Source of the DNA: the human T2T-CHM13v2.0 reference genome, Homo sapiens
Length of the DNA stretch: 64,000 nt
Reading direction: 5' to 3' (one strand)
Assembly: GCF_009914755.1 (NCBI RefSeq)
Contig: NC_060932.1
The notes under the pieces: generated by a model
Seen by the model: only the letters and a program-made list of their open reading frames with translations
Databases searched by the model: none
Told to the model about the DNA's origin: nothing
Program-made: the position numbers and the translations under genes
In this document: positions 1-25,055 of the stretch, in pieces
Layout of the letters: every line of letters starts with the position of its first letter
How positions within the stretch are numbered: the first letter of the stretch is position 1

Positions 1-372
1 AATTATGAGGTGAAGGTTGATGGGGAACTTTATAACTGAACTACTGATTTATCGAACATCACTAAAAGCAAGGCAGCCAGGCACCTCTTAATGGAATAAG
101 GTAGGAAGTACACACCACCTATGAAATATTTTTGCCCAAAAATGGACCCTAAATCTAATCAAATTTTTAGGTCTACTACCAAATGACAAGAAACATGAAG
201 GGCAAAGAAACAAAAGACGCCAACAAATTCCACTGATATATTCAAGGAAAGATAAATAAATAAATAAATAAATTTTTTAAAGACACCAAGATGATATAAT
301 CAGTCAAGCCAAGGATGAGAACTGATATAGATTAAAAGTTCTAAAATATTCTCAACTAACAATGTTGCATAT

Positions 373-1259
<887 letters not shown>

Positions 1260-1644
1260 TAAATAAATTATAGGCCAGGTGCAGTGGCTCATGCTTGAGC
1301 CCAGGAGTTCTAGACCAGCCTGAGCAACAAGTGAGACCCTGTCTCCACAAAAAAATAAAAAATAAACCCACCCAAATTGTAAAAAGACATATTTAAGACA
1401 ATCAGGGAAACGTGAATATAGATTAGTTATTAGGGTGTTCATATAATTTGTCATCTAAGCAGAATATGTTGAGAGTTCAAGGAGGCTCTATTAACAGTTG
1501 TGCTGGGACAAAGGTGTAAACTGGATTTGTCCCAGGCAAATGTGATTATCCTAGTATTACACAATTTTGTGGAATCACTGTTAATTTTTTAAATTGATAA
1601 TGTTAGCACATTTATGTTTTTTTGAAAGCTATTAGTCAGAAAAG

Positions 1645-4340
<2,696 letters not shown>

Positions 4341-4410
4341 ATTATTAGAAACACACACAAGTATTAATTGTTGAAATGATGCAATGTCTGGGATTTGTTT
4401 TAAAATTCCC

Positions 4411-5328
<918 letters not shown>

Positions 5329-5334
5329 TAAAAT

Positions 5335-5492
5335 TCTCCATGACAGGGGATGGTGGTGAAGGAGTGGTCAATAGCTAGATGAAAAAGATTATCAACATCT
5401 TGACAACTGTAGAAGCTGGGTGATGGATCACAGATGTCCTCTATGTTAATCTCACTTCTTTAGTGTAACTCTGAAATTGCCCATAATAAAAG
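5335..5492 (+). mobile_element. Old L1 (L1MC/ME-type) 3' end, host of the TMSB4X insertion
   Basis: GAAATGATGCAATGTCTGGGATTTGTTTTAAAAT (4374) continues after the pseudogene as TAGATGAAA...GAAGCTGGGTGATGG...GAAATTGCCCATAATAAAA. Confidence 0.65.
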
Positions 5493-5650
5493 TTGTTGTT
5501 ATTAGCTGGGCACAGTGGCTCATGCCTGTAAGCCCAGCACTTTAGGAAGCTGAGGTGGGAGGATCACTTGAGCTCAGGAGTTTGAGACCAGCCTGGGCAA
5601 CATAGTGAGACCTCATCCCTACTAAGAATAAAAAAATTAGCCGGGCGTTA

Positions 5651-5845
<195 letters not shown>

Positions 5846-6029
5846 TTATTTAGCAGAACAAAAGACCTGGAGGTAGTTGGTAGGAGGAAAAACCAAGTTA
5901 GGGACTGGATATGTAAAGATGCAAAGATAAATTAGATACAGTTCCTGCATTCAACAGGTTTTCATCTGACGAGGGGAAACTGATACATAGCTGGAAAGAA
6001 CTATAAGGAAGACATCTGATAAAGAACCC

Positions 6030-6245
6030 ATCATATTTAATGAGCACCAGGCACTCTGCTGAGGGCCTTACATGCACTTCCTCCTCAAGGCAACCCTCTC
6101 AGACTCGCATCATTATCTCCATCTTGCAGAGGAGGAAACTGAAGCTCTGAGAAGTTGAGTAACTCGCCCAAGATCTCACAGCGGAAAGTGGTAGAGCTGC
6201 AACTTACACTTCGGTTTGTTGACTCCAAAGCCTGTGCTTTTCATG
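6030..6245 (-). mobile_element. MIR
   Basis: CCATCTTGCAGAGGAGGAAACTGAAGCTCTGAGAAGTTGAGTAACTCGCCCAAGATC core. Confidence 0.8.
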
Positions 6246-6527
6246 GCTCCACCCTTTCTTTCTAAACCTTTCAGTTACACAATCCTGGAACATCACTGTC
6301 ACTGTGTACCACATAAATGGCACTCATCAGAGGCCCTGCTGGCGACCTAAAGGAGCCCAGTCTTTAGAGAACAAAAAATATTATCAGCCAGGTTGGTCTT
6401 TACACTGTACCTATGTCCTCATTCAATCCTCACAATTTAAACTCATGGAGTAGGGGCTAGGCGGGGTGGCTCACACCTCTAATCCCAGCACTTTGGGAGA
6501 CCGAGATAGGCGGATTGCTTGAGGTCA

Positions 6528-6911
<384 letters not shown>

Positions 6912-7133
6912 TCAAGACCATAAAGATAAAGAAGTAGGTTTATCACATCACTATTCATAATGCAGAAATGTGAAAACAGTGAAAGCTTGCTCATCGATGG
7001 CACATCCACACTGGGGAATTCTCCAGCCATTTTTTTTTTTTTTTTTTTAAGAATGACATGGAGCTAAGCCAGATGTCAAGGAGAGGTTTCCATAAGGTAC
7101 TGTTAAATGGTGAATGTAAGATTTAACAGGCTA

Positions 7134-7463
<330 letters not shown>

Positions 7464-7474
7464 TTACAAAACTA

Positions 7475-8024
<550 letters not shown>

Positions 8025-8448
8025 TTACTATATTTAGGTAGTTAGGTAAAATTATGTATGAATGTGATTATGATAAAGATTACATTTTAAAGTATTTCCT
8101 TTAAAAAGAAACGGAAGGCTGAAATAAATTCCTGGGAATTGATGACTAAATGGTAAGCAATACGTCTTAGCTTTCCAAAGACCATATGATCAACAATTTT
8201 AGATGAAGATTTCTTCATAAGGATAAACAAAAGTGAGAGAAAGTAAAAAAGGAAGTATTTGCTCCCCTTCATTCTACGAATAACAAACTAATGGAATTGA
8301 AGCGTGACAAATACACCAACTACAGCTTTCAAGGTTCATGTGGTCTAAACATGGTTAATAATAGGAGTTTGAAACACACTGTAAGGGCTGGCCGCGGTGC
8401 CTTACGCCTGTAATCCCGGCACTTTGGGAGGCCAAGGGGGACCGATCA

Positions 8449-8757
<309 letters not shown>

Positions 8758-8855
8758 TTACAATATTTATCATCCTTGAATGCCTGCTAAGATTGAGGGA
8801 ACCACTATATTCTTTTGCATATGAGGCTATAAAATTTTTTAAAATAAAAATTTAA

Positions 8856-9041
<186 letters not shown>

Positions 9042-9073
9042 TAATAATTTTAAAGAATATTCTAATATACTAA

Positions 9074-9265
<192 letters not shown>

Positions 9266-9572
9266 TAATTTTTGTATTTTTAGTAGAGACGAGGTTTCAC
9301 CATGTTGGCCAGGATGGTCTCGATCTCTTGACCTCATGATCCACCCGCCTTGGCCTCCCAAATTGTTGGGATTACAGGCGTAACATGTTTTTAAATTTGT
9401 AGAACAAGCACCAAGTGAAACCAAAATATTTTCAAACAATGTAGACAGCTATATAAACAAAAAAATCTTGTAAATACAAAATAGTCATCAAAGTAACAAA
9501 AGTCATATCCATGCTGAACATTTGACTCCAGGTGTCTGCTTTGACTTGGATACAAACACATCACATTGCTAA

Positions 9573-9825
<253 letters not shown>

Positions 9826-10322
9826 TAGTAAAGATGGGGTTTCGTCATGTTGGCCAGGCTGGTCTCAAACTCCTGGCCTCAACAGAGCTGCCCACTTTGG
9901 CCTCCCAAAGTGCTGGGTTGGCAGGCGTGAGCCACCACGCCCAGCTAGCTTCCTTTTCATTCTGTTTTCAGTTTAATATTTGTACAAGTATTTAGCCGGG
10001 CGCGGTGGCTCACTCCTGTAATCCCAGCACTTTAGGAGGCAGAGGCAGGCGGATCATGAGGTCAGGAGTTCGAGGCCAACATTGGTGAAACACTCATGTC
10101 TGTAATCCGAGCACTTTGAGAGTCCAAGGCAGGAGGATCTCTTGAGCCTGGGAATTCAAGACCAGCCTGGGTAATGTAGTGCGACCCCGTCTCTGTTTTT
10201 AAAACAATTTAAAAAAGAAACATTCCAGGATAACTCTAATTTCCAAAAAAAAAAAAAAAGAAAGAAAACTAAAACTTAAGAAACATCAAAAAATAAAAAA
10301 TTTTTAAAAGATGAGTGGATAA

Positions 10323-10451
<129 letters not shown>

Positions 10452-10892
10452 TGATCCTCCCACCTCAGCCTACCAAGTAGCTGGGACTACAGGTGTGCAG
10501 CACCATGCACAGTGAATACTTTTTACTTTGTAGAGATGGGGTCTCCCTAATTGCCAGGTTGTTCTTGAACTCCTGGGCTCAAACAGCCCTTCTCCTTTGG
10601 CCTCCCAGAGCACTGCGATTATAGGCATGAGCCACTGAGCCCAGCCTGTTTTTGTTTTAAGACATTTTGCTGAGCAGAGAAATAGCAATTGCTGGAGAGA
10701 AATATGGCATATAGAAAATTTCAACAATGAAATTGAATATTTTGGAGCACTAGAGTAAAAAAGTGTGGTCTTATCCTTTGGGTAAGATGTTCTTAGATAA
10801 TGTATTACCTACCCTAATCAAAAACACTTGTAAAAATATTCTTTCTTTTTTTTTTTTTTTTTTTGAGACAGAGTTTCGCTCCTGTTGCCTAG

Positions 10893-11051
<159 letters not shown>

Positions 11052-11087
11052 TGACCAGGCTAGTCTCAAACTCCTGACCTCAGGTGA

Positions 11088-11324
<237 letters not shown>

Positions 11325-12966
11325 TAGTAGAGACAGGGTTTCACTGTCTTGGCCAGCCTGGCCACAAGTGATCCGCCTGCCTTGGCCTCCCAAAGCACTG
11401 GGATTACAGGCGCTCTTGATGTTATTTTTAATTTGTTCCTCTATCTAACCCATTTCCTGTAAAGGGGTGGTTGGATCTAGAGATAAAATGAAATTTAGGA
11501 TCAGCCTTGGGGGTGGGGCTGTATACTTCTTACTGTATCACAGGAGGCATGTGATGTCTGATTGTCCCACTTTTACTAATGATAAGACAGATTGATCTGT
11601 TACAAAAGTCTCCATCAATCTTTCCCCTGGTGTCTACAGGAGCCATGAATAATCACTGCTTAATTTTGTTACTTCATTAGAGTTACAAAATGGCAATTTC
11701 CTAATTCTGTTATTTCCTTTTGCATCTTTACCTGGAACTCTGCTTTAAATAGAACTTTCCCCCAGCAACCAGTTATCTGATCACCCTGAATACAATTTGC
11801 ACAGGAAAAGCAGGATAAATGCTTGATTTTTTCCTTTCATTAGCCAGTTTTTAGAATAATGAATTTAGTGCCTTAGTGACCTTCAATGAATACCTGATAT
11901 TTGGTGGTTGTTCTTGTTAGTTTTTATTTTATTTTATTTATTTTTATTTTGTGGAGACAGGGTCTCACTATGTTGCCCAGACTGGTCTACTAACTCCTGG
12001 GCTCAAGCAATCCTCCCACTTCAGTCTCCCAAAGTGCTGGGATTTGGGAGGCATGAGCCATTGACACCCAGCCCGTTCTTACTAGTTTTATATGATCTTA
12101 AGGAATTTTATACATTTAATGAGTTTTATTCCATTGTAATTATTCTTGTTATACTCAAATCGTCCCATCTTTTGCCAATGGGGGTCTTTTCATTTTGGCT
12201 TCTGTGTCCTATTAACATGACTCAGTAGTCATGGATTGCTTCTTTCCTTTCTAGAATGGCAAGGTTGAAGCAACCATGTCTCCAAGAATCCCTAATTCCT
12301 TGTAAGGGGAAAGGCTATTTAAGGGCTACAATTTGAAGAGTGAGATGCCATTGCTCTTGAATTCGTATTGATTTTAGTTTTCTAGGTCTCGGTGGACGAC
12401 ACATCTAGGAAATATATGCTCTTTAAAAGCAGAAAAAAATCATAAATTTGTATTAATATTTCCAATTCAGATTTAAGATTTCAGGCTTATACTTCTTTAA
12501 AATGAGACTTGTATCTCTCCTCTCTTTTACTGCCCAGGTTGGAGGGCAATGGCACAATCTCGGCTCACTGAAACCTCTGCCTCCCAGGTTCAAGCTATTC
12601 TCTTGCCTCAGCCTCCCAAGTAGCTGGGATTACAGGAGCGTGCCACCACGCCCAGCTAATTTTTTTCTGTATTTTTAGTAGAGACGGGGTTTCACTATGT
12701 TGGCCAGGATGGTCTCCATCTCTTGACCTTGTGATCCGCCCATCTTGGCCTCCCAAAGTGCTGGGATTACAGATGTGAGCCACCGCGCCCGGCCAAAAAT
12801 CTTGATTCATAATAACATTAATGTAATTACTTATTTGCTTTATTCTAAAATATACACATAAAGGTATTAAAATAGCAATATTGTTATTACTAAACATAAG
12901 ATTACCTGGGCGTGGTGGCTCATGTCTGTGATCCCAGTATTTTGGGAGGCTGAGGTGGGCAGATTA

Positions 12967-13218
<252 letters not shown>

Positions 13219-13644
13219 TTATTGAATATAATTTAAGACTTCTTTGCTATTTGTTTTTGTCTTTAGGGTACACTGAGTAAATAATTGCAATCAGCTGGGC
13301 ATGGTGGCTCACTCCTGTAATCCCAGCACTTTGGAAGGTCAAGGCAGGAAGATTGCTTGAGGCCAGGTGTTTGAGACCGGCCTGAGCAACATAGCTAGAC
13401 CACCCCCACCATCTCTACAAAAAGTAAAATTAGCCAGGTGAGATGGCACATGTCTATAGTCCCAGCTACCTGGGAGGTTGAGGCAGGAGGATCACTTGAG
13501 CCCAGGAGGTTGAGGCTGCTTGAGCCATGATTGGGCCACTGCATTCCAGCCTGAGTGACAGAGCGAGGCCCTGTCTCAAATAATAATAATTTCAATCAAA
13601 TGTTATGTTTCAAGTTACTTGAAATAGGCTTCTTTTCTATATAG

Positions 13645-14140
13645 CTGTGATATTCATTTTAGATGTCGACTCAACTGGGTCAAGGAATACCCAGATAGCT
13701 GGTCAAGGAATACCCAGAAAGCATTATTTCTGGTTATGTCTGTGAGGGTGTTTCCGGAAGAGATTGGCATTTGAATCAGTGATTGAGTAAGGAAGAGCTA
13801 CCTGATGTGGGCAGGCATCATCTAATTTGTTGAGGGCCTGGATAGAATAACAAGTCAGAGGAAAGTCTAATTCACTCTGTCTTCTGGAGCTGGGACACCC
13901 ATTTTCTCCTGCCTTTGGACATATGAACTCTAGCTTCTCAGGCCTTCAGACTCTGGGACTTACACCAGGAGCCCACAGGTTCTCAGGCCTTCGGACTCAG
14001 ACTGAATTATGCCACTGGCTTCCCTGGTTCTCCAGCTTGCAGATGGTATATCATGGGGCTTCTCAGCCTCCATAGTCATGTGAACCAGTTCCCCTAATAC
14101 ATCCCCTCTTATCTACCTATCTGGAAAATTCTGACTTATA
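13645..14140 (+). mobile_element. MLT2 (ERVL) solo LTR
   Basis: AAGCATTATTTCTGG..TGTCTGTGAGGGTGTTTCCGGAAGAGATTGGCATTTGAATCAGT and GGTTCTCCAGCTTGCAGATGG motifs. Contains a small internal duplication of GGTCAAGGAATACCCAGA. Confidence 0.8.
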
Positions 14141-14756
14141 CAATGGCTATGTGAGGACCTTGATATACGTTTATATGCATTTTTGTTTCTTTTCAATTTT
14201 CTAGGAATGGCTTGTCTCTTCTCATATATTATTATTTTTCTTTGTAGAGATAGGGTCTTGCTGTGTTGCCCAGGCTGATCTTGAATTCCTGGTCTCAAGT
14301 GATCCTCCTGCCTCAGCCTCCTAAAGTGCTGGGATTACAGGCATGAGCCAGTGTATCCTGCTCATTCACTGTTCAACACACTCAATTTTTCCTTCACCCC
14401 ATGAATCCAGCAAAACTGCTTTTGCTCAGGCCCCCAGTAGCCTCCTCATTGCCAAATTCAATGGAGTGAAGTGGTATGCCCTCGACTCACTGCAACCTCC
14501 GCCTCCTGGGTTCAAGCACTTCTCGTGCCTCAGCCTCCCAAGTAGCTGGGATTACAGGTGTGCACCACACACCTGGCTAATTTTTGTATTTTTAGTAGAC
14601 ATGGGGTTTCACCGTGTTGGCCAGGCTGGTTTTGAACTCCTGACCTGAGGTGATTGGCCTACCGGGGCCTTCCAAAGGGCTGGGATTACAAGCATGAGAT
14701 AATGCGCCCGCCCTGCCCGGCTCATTCTTTTTTTTTTTTGAAACAAAGTCTTACTT

Positions 14757-15364
14757 TGTTACAGTAGGTAGCTGGTCAGGCATGAGCAGGGCAGGAGAGG
14801 GCTCCGCCCAACACACACAAATATCAGGAATATCAGGCAACCATCAGGTGATGATCAGGCAGTTGTTAACTGTCTTTCTAAAATAGTAATTGGTCACAGC
14901 CAGTGCCAGGGAAAGGCAGTGTCCTAATACATGGAAAACACATGAAATGTGATCAGTGGCTTCTTGAGAAGACCTCAGGGGTTGGGCAAGTGGGCTCAGG
15001 AATGTGCCTGCAGACAGCCCACCCCAAGGGATGAATCAGGGGAGAAGTAACAAGACCGCAGAAGCATGCCAGCGTATAAAACCCCAAGTCAAAAGGTCAA
15101 ACCGCACACTTGTCTTTCAAGTCACACACTTGGTCCTCGTCCAAGTGTAGGTTCTTTCCTTCCTTTTATTCCTGCTCTAAAGCTTTTCAATAAACTTTCA
15201 CTCCTGCTCTAAAACTTGCCTTGGTTTCTCCTTTTGCCTTAGGTCCCTCGGTTGAATTCTTTCTTCTGAGGAAGCAAGATTTGAGGTTGCTGCAGACCCC
15301 TACAAATTGGCCTTGTCTAACATATTTTGGTGCCATGTGACTCGGATACCTTCCACCAGTAACA
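14757..15364 (+). mobile_element. Solo ERV1 LTR (MER50-like) inserted in an AluJ
   Basis: TGTT...AACA termini with 4-bp TSD ACTT/ACTC. TATAAAA at 15075 and AATAAA at 15189. The start TGTTACAGTAGGTAGCTGGTCAGGCATGAGCAGGGCAGGAGAGGG resembles MER50. Confidence 0.8.
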
Positions 15365-15514
15365 ACTCTGTTGTCCAAACTAGGGTGCAGTGGCGCAACC
15401 ATGGCTCACTGCAGCCTTGACCTCCCAGGTTCAAGGGAGCGATCCTCCTACCTTAGCCTCCTGGGCAGCTAGGACTATAGGCACATGGCCCAATGCCTGG
15501 CTAATTTTTTGTAT

Positions 15515-15520
<6 letters not shown>

Positions 15521-15545
<25 letters not shown>

Positions 15546-15580
15546 CATACATATATATATATATATATGTATATGTATAT
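15521..15580. repeat. (TA)n microsatellite in an AluJ linker
   Basis: Directly visible. Confidence 0.9.
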
Positions 15581-15587
15581 TTTGTAG

Positions 15588-15782
<195 letters not shown>

Positions 15783-15999
15783 TAATGTCACTTTTCTGCT
15801 ACAGTCCTATTATCAAAAGTTAGAATTCCCTAACATGGCTACTAGGCCCTCCCTGATCTGCTGCTGTGTCTCTTTGACCTCATTTGTACCTCCCTTCCCC
15901 ATCTCTCACTAAGCTTAATTACATGGGATGTGTTCACCAACAGCCCAAGCTCTATTCTCTCTCAATTTCTTTTCTTTTCTTTTCTTTTCTTTTTTGTGA

Positions 16000-16262
<263 letters not shown>

Positions 16263-16299
16263 TGAGCCACCACCCCCGGCCCTCAATTTCTTTCTTTTT

Positions 16300-16615
16300 T
16301 TTTTTTCCTCAATTTCTTACATACACTCTTCTGTCTGGCCTTTCCCTACCTCTTGTCATTCTTGTGCTCTGAGCTTAAATGTCTCTTGCTCAGAAAAGAC
16401 CTTCCTTGTCCATCCCTCTCCTCTGGTTTTACGAAGGTAGTCACTGGATACCTTACGATGGTTGGTCCATGTATTAAATATATGAATATGCTTGTTTAGG
16501 CTTCATCTCCCCCATTAGACTGTAAACATCTTGGGAGTAGGAGCCATTTTGGTCTTGCTCATTGGCACAATGCCTGGCATGTAGTAGGCACTCAATATGT
16601 GTTGGCTGTTTAATA
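16300..16615 (+). mobile_element. L2 3' end
   Basis: CCATTAGACTGTAAAC...ACAATGCCTGGCATGTAGTAGGCACTCAATA. Confidence 0.7.
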
Positions 16616-16866
16616 AGTTTGAGAAGTTTGATTCTAAGTACAATCATCCACATCAGACTTCTCTACAAATTGTATATTCAGTGGGCATCAGCTCTGCCCA
16701 GTGAAAGAAAGCAAACCCGGAATGCAGTGCTTGTGACTTAGTACAGGCTCAGTAAGGGACAGCTGTATTAATTGGGATAATGGCAGGGGAGGGATACACA
16801 CAAACTTCCTTATTTCTTACAGACTTTTCACTTAGTCCCCTTGTTTAGTTGCATGGCTTCCTATGA

Positions 16867-17023
<157 letters not shown>

Positions 17024-18801
17024 TAGCTGGGACTACAGGCGCATGCCACCATGCCCGGCTAGTTTTTGTATTTTCAGTAGAGACGGGGTTTCACCATGTT
17101 GGCCAGGATGGTCTCGATCTCCTGACCTCGTGATCCACCCGCCTCAGCCTCCCAAGGTGCTGAGATTACAGGTGTGAACAACTGCGCCCTGCCCCCTGTG
17201 ACTTTAGAAACAAAAATAGCATGACTTCAAGTCTTTCATATACACTTTTTTATGTACTCTTCTTAATCACACTCTGAGGCAGTTACTATATCTCCATTTT
17301 ACAGAGGAGAAAAAGGAGGCTTAGAGAGATTAAGGAACTAGGCTGAGGTCTCCTGGCTAATTAGAGGCAGAGCTGGGTTTAAAACCCATTCTTTGAATTC
17401 CAGGGCTAGCTTTGTTTATTCCACACTACAAATTAATCTCATAATGAGGCGTAGAAGGGAAAGATCCCATGTTTTCCCAAACACAGCCACATTTCATCAC
17501 TGACTCTTGTCAGTGAACCTTTTGTTCCTCAAATACTAGGAACAAAAATCATTCATTTGGAACTGTTCTTTCTTCCTCTGTACGTGCTTCGTGCATTTCT
17601 CTTTGTAAACAAGACTTTAAATAAATTACTTCTAGGCCAGGAGCAAGGGCTTATGCCTGTAATCCCAGCAATCTGGGAGTCCAAGGCAGGAGCATCACTT
17701 GAGGCCAGGAGTTTGACACCAGCCTGGGCAAAAAATCGAGACCCCCATCTCTACTAAAAAATAATAATAAGAAGAAAACCAAAGAAATTACTTCTAATTG
17801 TTTTATTCTATAGGCACATCTCACTTAAACTTATTTACATGCAGATCTTAGTGTTTTAAAGTCTATAAATTAAGTAAAAAACTCCTTAAGTCTCATTTTA
17901 GAGAGGTTTTAGTTGTAAAAAGGCTCGACATAGACTTCTTTAGATAATGAAAACCCCTGGCATGTTTCAGGCAATTATTCAATTCAATGTGCACAGCTTC
18001 CAGAACACAGAATGCAGAGATGCCCAGAATTAATGGTCTGGCAGCAAGTCTGTTTCTCATGTTTTCCAATCTGAATGTATAAATTTTTAATCTTACAAAC
18101 CTGTAATGAATGTGTTGGATTACTGTCTTTGCTCTATTGTCAGCATATAAAGAGACTCAGCTTCTTGGCAGAATGATTAAGTTAAGGATATTGCATTCTA
18201 ACCACAAGGAAACACAGATCTCCTCCTTGTCAGCATTCTTCCTTCCAAAAAGGTTGCTTAAAGTGGTGCTTAAAAGATAATTCTATCCTAAAACACAGTG
18301 ACTTAGGAAAAAAAAAAAGAGAGAAATAAATAAAGATAATTCTAGCTTACTAAATTTAGGGTGTGGAAAAAGTCCAAAATGAGAATATTCACTGGGTAAT
18401 TGTGCAAGGAATGTTAATATGTGTGATAAAGGGAGGGTATTCTACCCACCTGATGCTTGCCTCTGCACCCTCCCCCCCACTTCCGTTTTGCCTTGACATA
18501 CAACATACAATTTATCAAGGTTAAAAGTTAAATGAGGGCCAGGCGTGGTGACTCATCCTGGTAATCCCAGCACTTTGGGAGGCCGAGGCAGGTGAACTGC
18601 TTGAGCCCAGCCTGGGCAACATGGCAAGACCCTGTCTCGATAAAATTATAAAAAAATTAGCTGGCTGTGGTGGTACAAACCTGTAGTCCCAGCTACTTGG
18701 GAGGCTGAGGTGCGAGGATCACCTGAGCCCAGAAGGTCGAGGCTGCAGTGAGCCATGACTGTGCCACTGCACTCCAGAGCCTCGGTGACAGAGTGAGACC
18801 C

Positions 18802-19186
18802 TATGTTACTCTGTTCTCATGCTGCTATGAAGAATAACCCGAGACTGGGTTATTTATAAAGGAAAGAGGTTTAATTGACTCACAGTTCTGCATTGCTGGG
18901 GAGGCCTCAGGAAACTTACAATCATGGCAGGAGGCAAAGGAAAAGCAGGCACCTTCTTCACAGGACAGCAGGACGGACAGAGTGAGTGCAAGCACGGGAA
19001 ATGCCAGACGCTTAAACAACCATCAGATCTCGTGAGACTCACTATCATGAGAACAGCATGGGGGAACCACCCCCATGATCCAATTACCTCCACTTGGTCC
19101 TGCCCTTGACACACGGGGATTATGGGGATTATAGGGGTTACAATTTAAGATGAGATTTTAGGTGGGGGAGCAGCCAAACCATATCA
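18802..19186 (-). mobile_element. THE1/MST-type MaLR solo LTR inserted near the 3' end of an AluJ
   Basis: Diagnostic GAGACTGGGT..ATTTATAAAGGAAAGAGGTTTAATTGACTCACAGTTC...CAGCCAAACCATATCA. The Alu ending (TGTCTCAA plus A tail) resumes at 19192. Confidence 0.88.
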
Positions 19187-19191
19187 GATCA

Positions 19192-19617
<426 letters not shown>

Positions 19618-19690
19618 TTATTCCTTTTTTTTTTTTTGGGACAGGGTCTCACTCTTTTGCCCAGGCTGGAGTGCAGTGGTGTGATCATAG

Positions 19691-19927
<237 letters not shown>

Positions 19928-21304
19928 TGAGTTATTCCTGAAACCACCCTGAAGTCAGAGCTACTCTTCAAAAATCTGTCAGCAAGTTCTCTGCTCATCT
20001 TCATATTCAAGGCAGATTTCTAGTCATCCTCAGTTAACTCACAAAAAGAGAAGCTAGCAGCACAAGTTAATATAAGAAGCTTACTGGTATCTGCTTTGAA
20101 ATGCATTTTTTTTTTTTTTTTGTGACAGGGTCTCACACTGTCACCCAGTGTCTGTGCCTTTGACACTTCAGTAAGCTTCCTGCACTTGACATTAGGCACG
20201 AAGGGTGACAGATAGGGGCGGGGCCAGAAAAGGTGCCCAGGAGACCAGCAGCTTAGTGGTTAAATGGTGTGTACAGAAGGATGGCTGGGTAGTGTTGATC
20301 TGTGTGACTCTGAGGTACATGAATATTTATGGAAAGAAAGACAGCATTGCAGACAGGGTATGGATTTCCCATGATCTCAGAAGGATGGTAGCTCAGCATC
20401 AATTTAATGGGAGGAAAACTGTAATTTCTAGAATATCTGAGTTTGCAATGGAGATTCATGCTTACAACATAATACTGATGACCACCAACTTGCTTGTCTC
20501 TTGGTCTTTGTCCCTCCAGATTTAAAAATACTCTTTCAATTTCTTCCTCATGGCAGCATATATATATATATATATATGCTGGGGTCTCACTATAGTGCCC
20601 AGACTGGTCTCAAACTCCTGGGCTCAAGCGATCCTCCTGTCTCAGCCTCCCAAAGTGCTGGGATTGTAGGTGTAAACCACTGTACCTGGCCCCTCATGGC
20701 ACTTTTTACAGCCTCCCTATTTTTCTGCAGATGTAAAATGAGAGTAAAGGAATCCAATAGAAATTTGGTCAGTGTTGAAGGCAGAAAGGACTTCTCGGCA
20801 TGTTATAATTGTGCTATTGCATTTTGGATTCATTTTGACTTTTTTCTGCCTTATGACCAACTTGACATCCACTATGCTTTCAAATCAATTTCTCCTACAC
20901 TTAAGAAAATCTAGTTTTTTCTTCATTTAGGTTGGTATTTGATGGCCGCCTTCACATTGCATCAAAGTCGCCATGGATTCTATTCCTGTCTTTGAGGATA
21001 TCAGCATCATCTTGAGAAATAATAGCCATATATAAGTAAACATTCAGAAACTCAGAGCTGGTTGCTGTGGGGGCTTAAACCCACATTTGGGTTAAACCAT
21101 TTGGGTGTACTCTTAGTAATCTGTGTATCCTTTGAACTATTCATGACTATCGTAGCCCATCAGGAGGGGTTTTGCAATGGCTTGGCATTCTCAGCCATGA
21201 TAGAGACTAGACTGCGATGAAAGGTGAAAAAAAGAGGAAAGAAAGGAAGAGGGAGAAAAAATGAATGGGAGAGGAGACGAGATTGATAAGAAAGAAGTTC
21301 TGAT

Positions 21305-21397
21305 CCCAGTGTGCAATGGCTGCAAACAGCAGCTTTCTTGGTGGTGTACATGGCCTGTTTCTTGTATGGGTTGCTCTAAGGGTCCTTGGAGACAGGC
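21305..21397 (+). ncRNA. SNORA70: 5'-truncated retrocopy of H/ACA snoRNA SNORA70 (U70)
   Basis: CCCAGTGTGCAATGGCTGCAAACAGCAGC...GTATGGGTTGCTCTAAGGGTCCTTGGAGACAGGC matches the recalled SNORA70 3' two-thirds. H box ACAGCA at 21326-21331. ACA box at 21392-21394, 3 nt from the end. The 5' strand of the first hairpin is missing. Confidence 0.85.
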
Positions 21398-21446
21398 CTT
21401 TCAAATGTATGTTCATGTCTCTGACCTTGCACTACCCCCGATGTAG

Positions 21447-22168
<722 letters not shown>

Positions 22169-22184
22169 AAGAAAGAAGTGCTGA

Positions 22185-22538
<354 letters not shown>

Positions 22539-23007
22539 TGATCCACCTGCCTCGGCCTCCCAAAGTGCTGGGATTACAGGTGTGAGCCACTGTGCCCAGC
22601 CTGCCCTGGTTTCTTACTGAGACTTTCACATGGGAACAGAATAGGAAGTCGTGCCCATGTACAAAAGTGACATTGGTCAGGTCCTCCTTGCTTCCCTGGC
22701 TGACTAGTTTATTAGAAAAGGAATTAAATGGGCATGATTTTAAAAATAAGATAGGTAGGAATCCAGTGCTGACTGGGGTGTCGTAAACAGCTTGATTTTT
22801 TTTCTGTGAATGGCACTGGCCACACATGCCTGCATTACTGGTCAGTCTGTCCTTGTCTCTAATTTGATCACATCTGTCCCTCTGAACCTGTGCATATGGC
22901 TTCAACAGAAGACTCCCTCTGAGTGAGTCAAGAGCATGCAGGATATTACTCTGACACCCACAAAGATAGAAGAGGGTGGTAGAATGGAAGGCAGAGGTTG
23001 CGTCCTA

Positions 23008-23476
<469 letters not shown>

Positions 23477-23547
23477 TCAGTCTATCAGTCAGGAGTTTTC
23501 ATATTCTCATCCACGCTCCAATTACTCATTTCATAAATGCTTCTTCA

Positions 23548-23763
<216 letters not shown>

Positions 23764-23806
23764 TTAAAAGAAGTAATCCACTGTGGAGTTAAAAAAACAA
23801 CAAACG

Positions 23807-24430
<624 letters not shown>

Positions 24431-24836
24431 AGAAAACTCACACCCCATGGCCCTAGATAATGACAAGCACACAAATCACTTGACAATTTTCTGGGGTTTT
24501 TGTCTTCCCGGATTGCATCAGTCCAGGCATTAATAGCACCTGCCGCTTTCTTATCTTTGCAGAGAGCAATCTGCTTCTGAAGCTACATGTGGCAGCAAAC
24601 TTAGATCCATACAACCTGGGTTTGTGCCTTGACTCTGATGCTTATTATCTGTGTAGTCACAAGTAAGCTGTTGCTTTTCTCAACATTCTTTCCTAATCCG
24701 AAACTCAGAGGGATATATATGGCAGTGGGGGCGGGGCAGGGGGAAGCAGGAAATGCATTTTGTGAAACAACTTGGTGGGTAAATGCTTATTATCTTTGAC
24801 TGATTGGTGTTTGTTTGCCACAGATAAGATCATTGA

Positions 24837-25055
<219 letters not shown>

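Noticed and set aside
21305-21397. Functional SNORA70 paralog
   Set aside because: About 40 nt of the 5' hairpin is missing and there is no established host intron, so it is treated as a retropseudogene although the H and ACA boxes survive.
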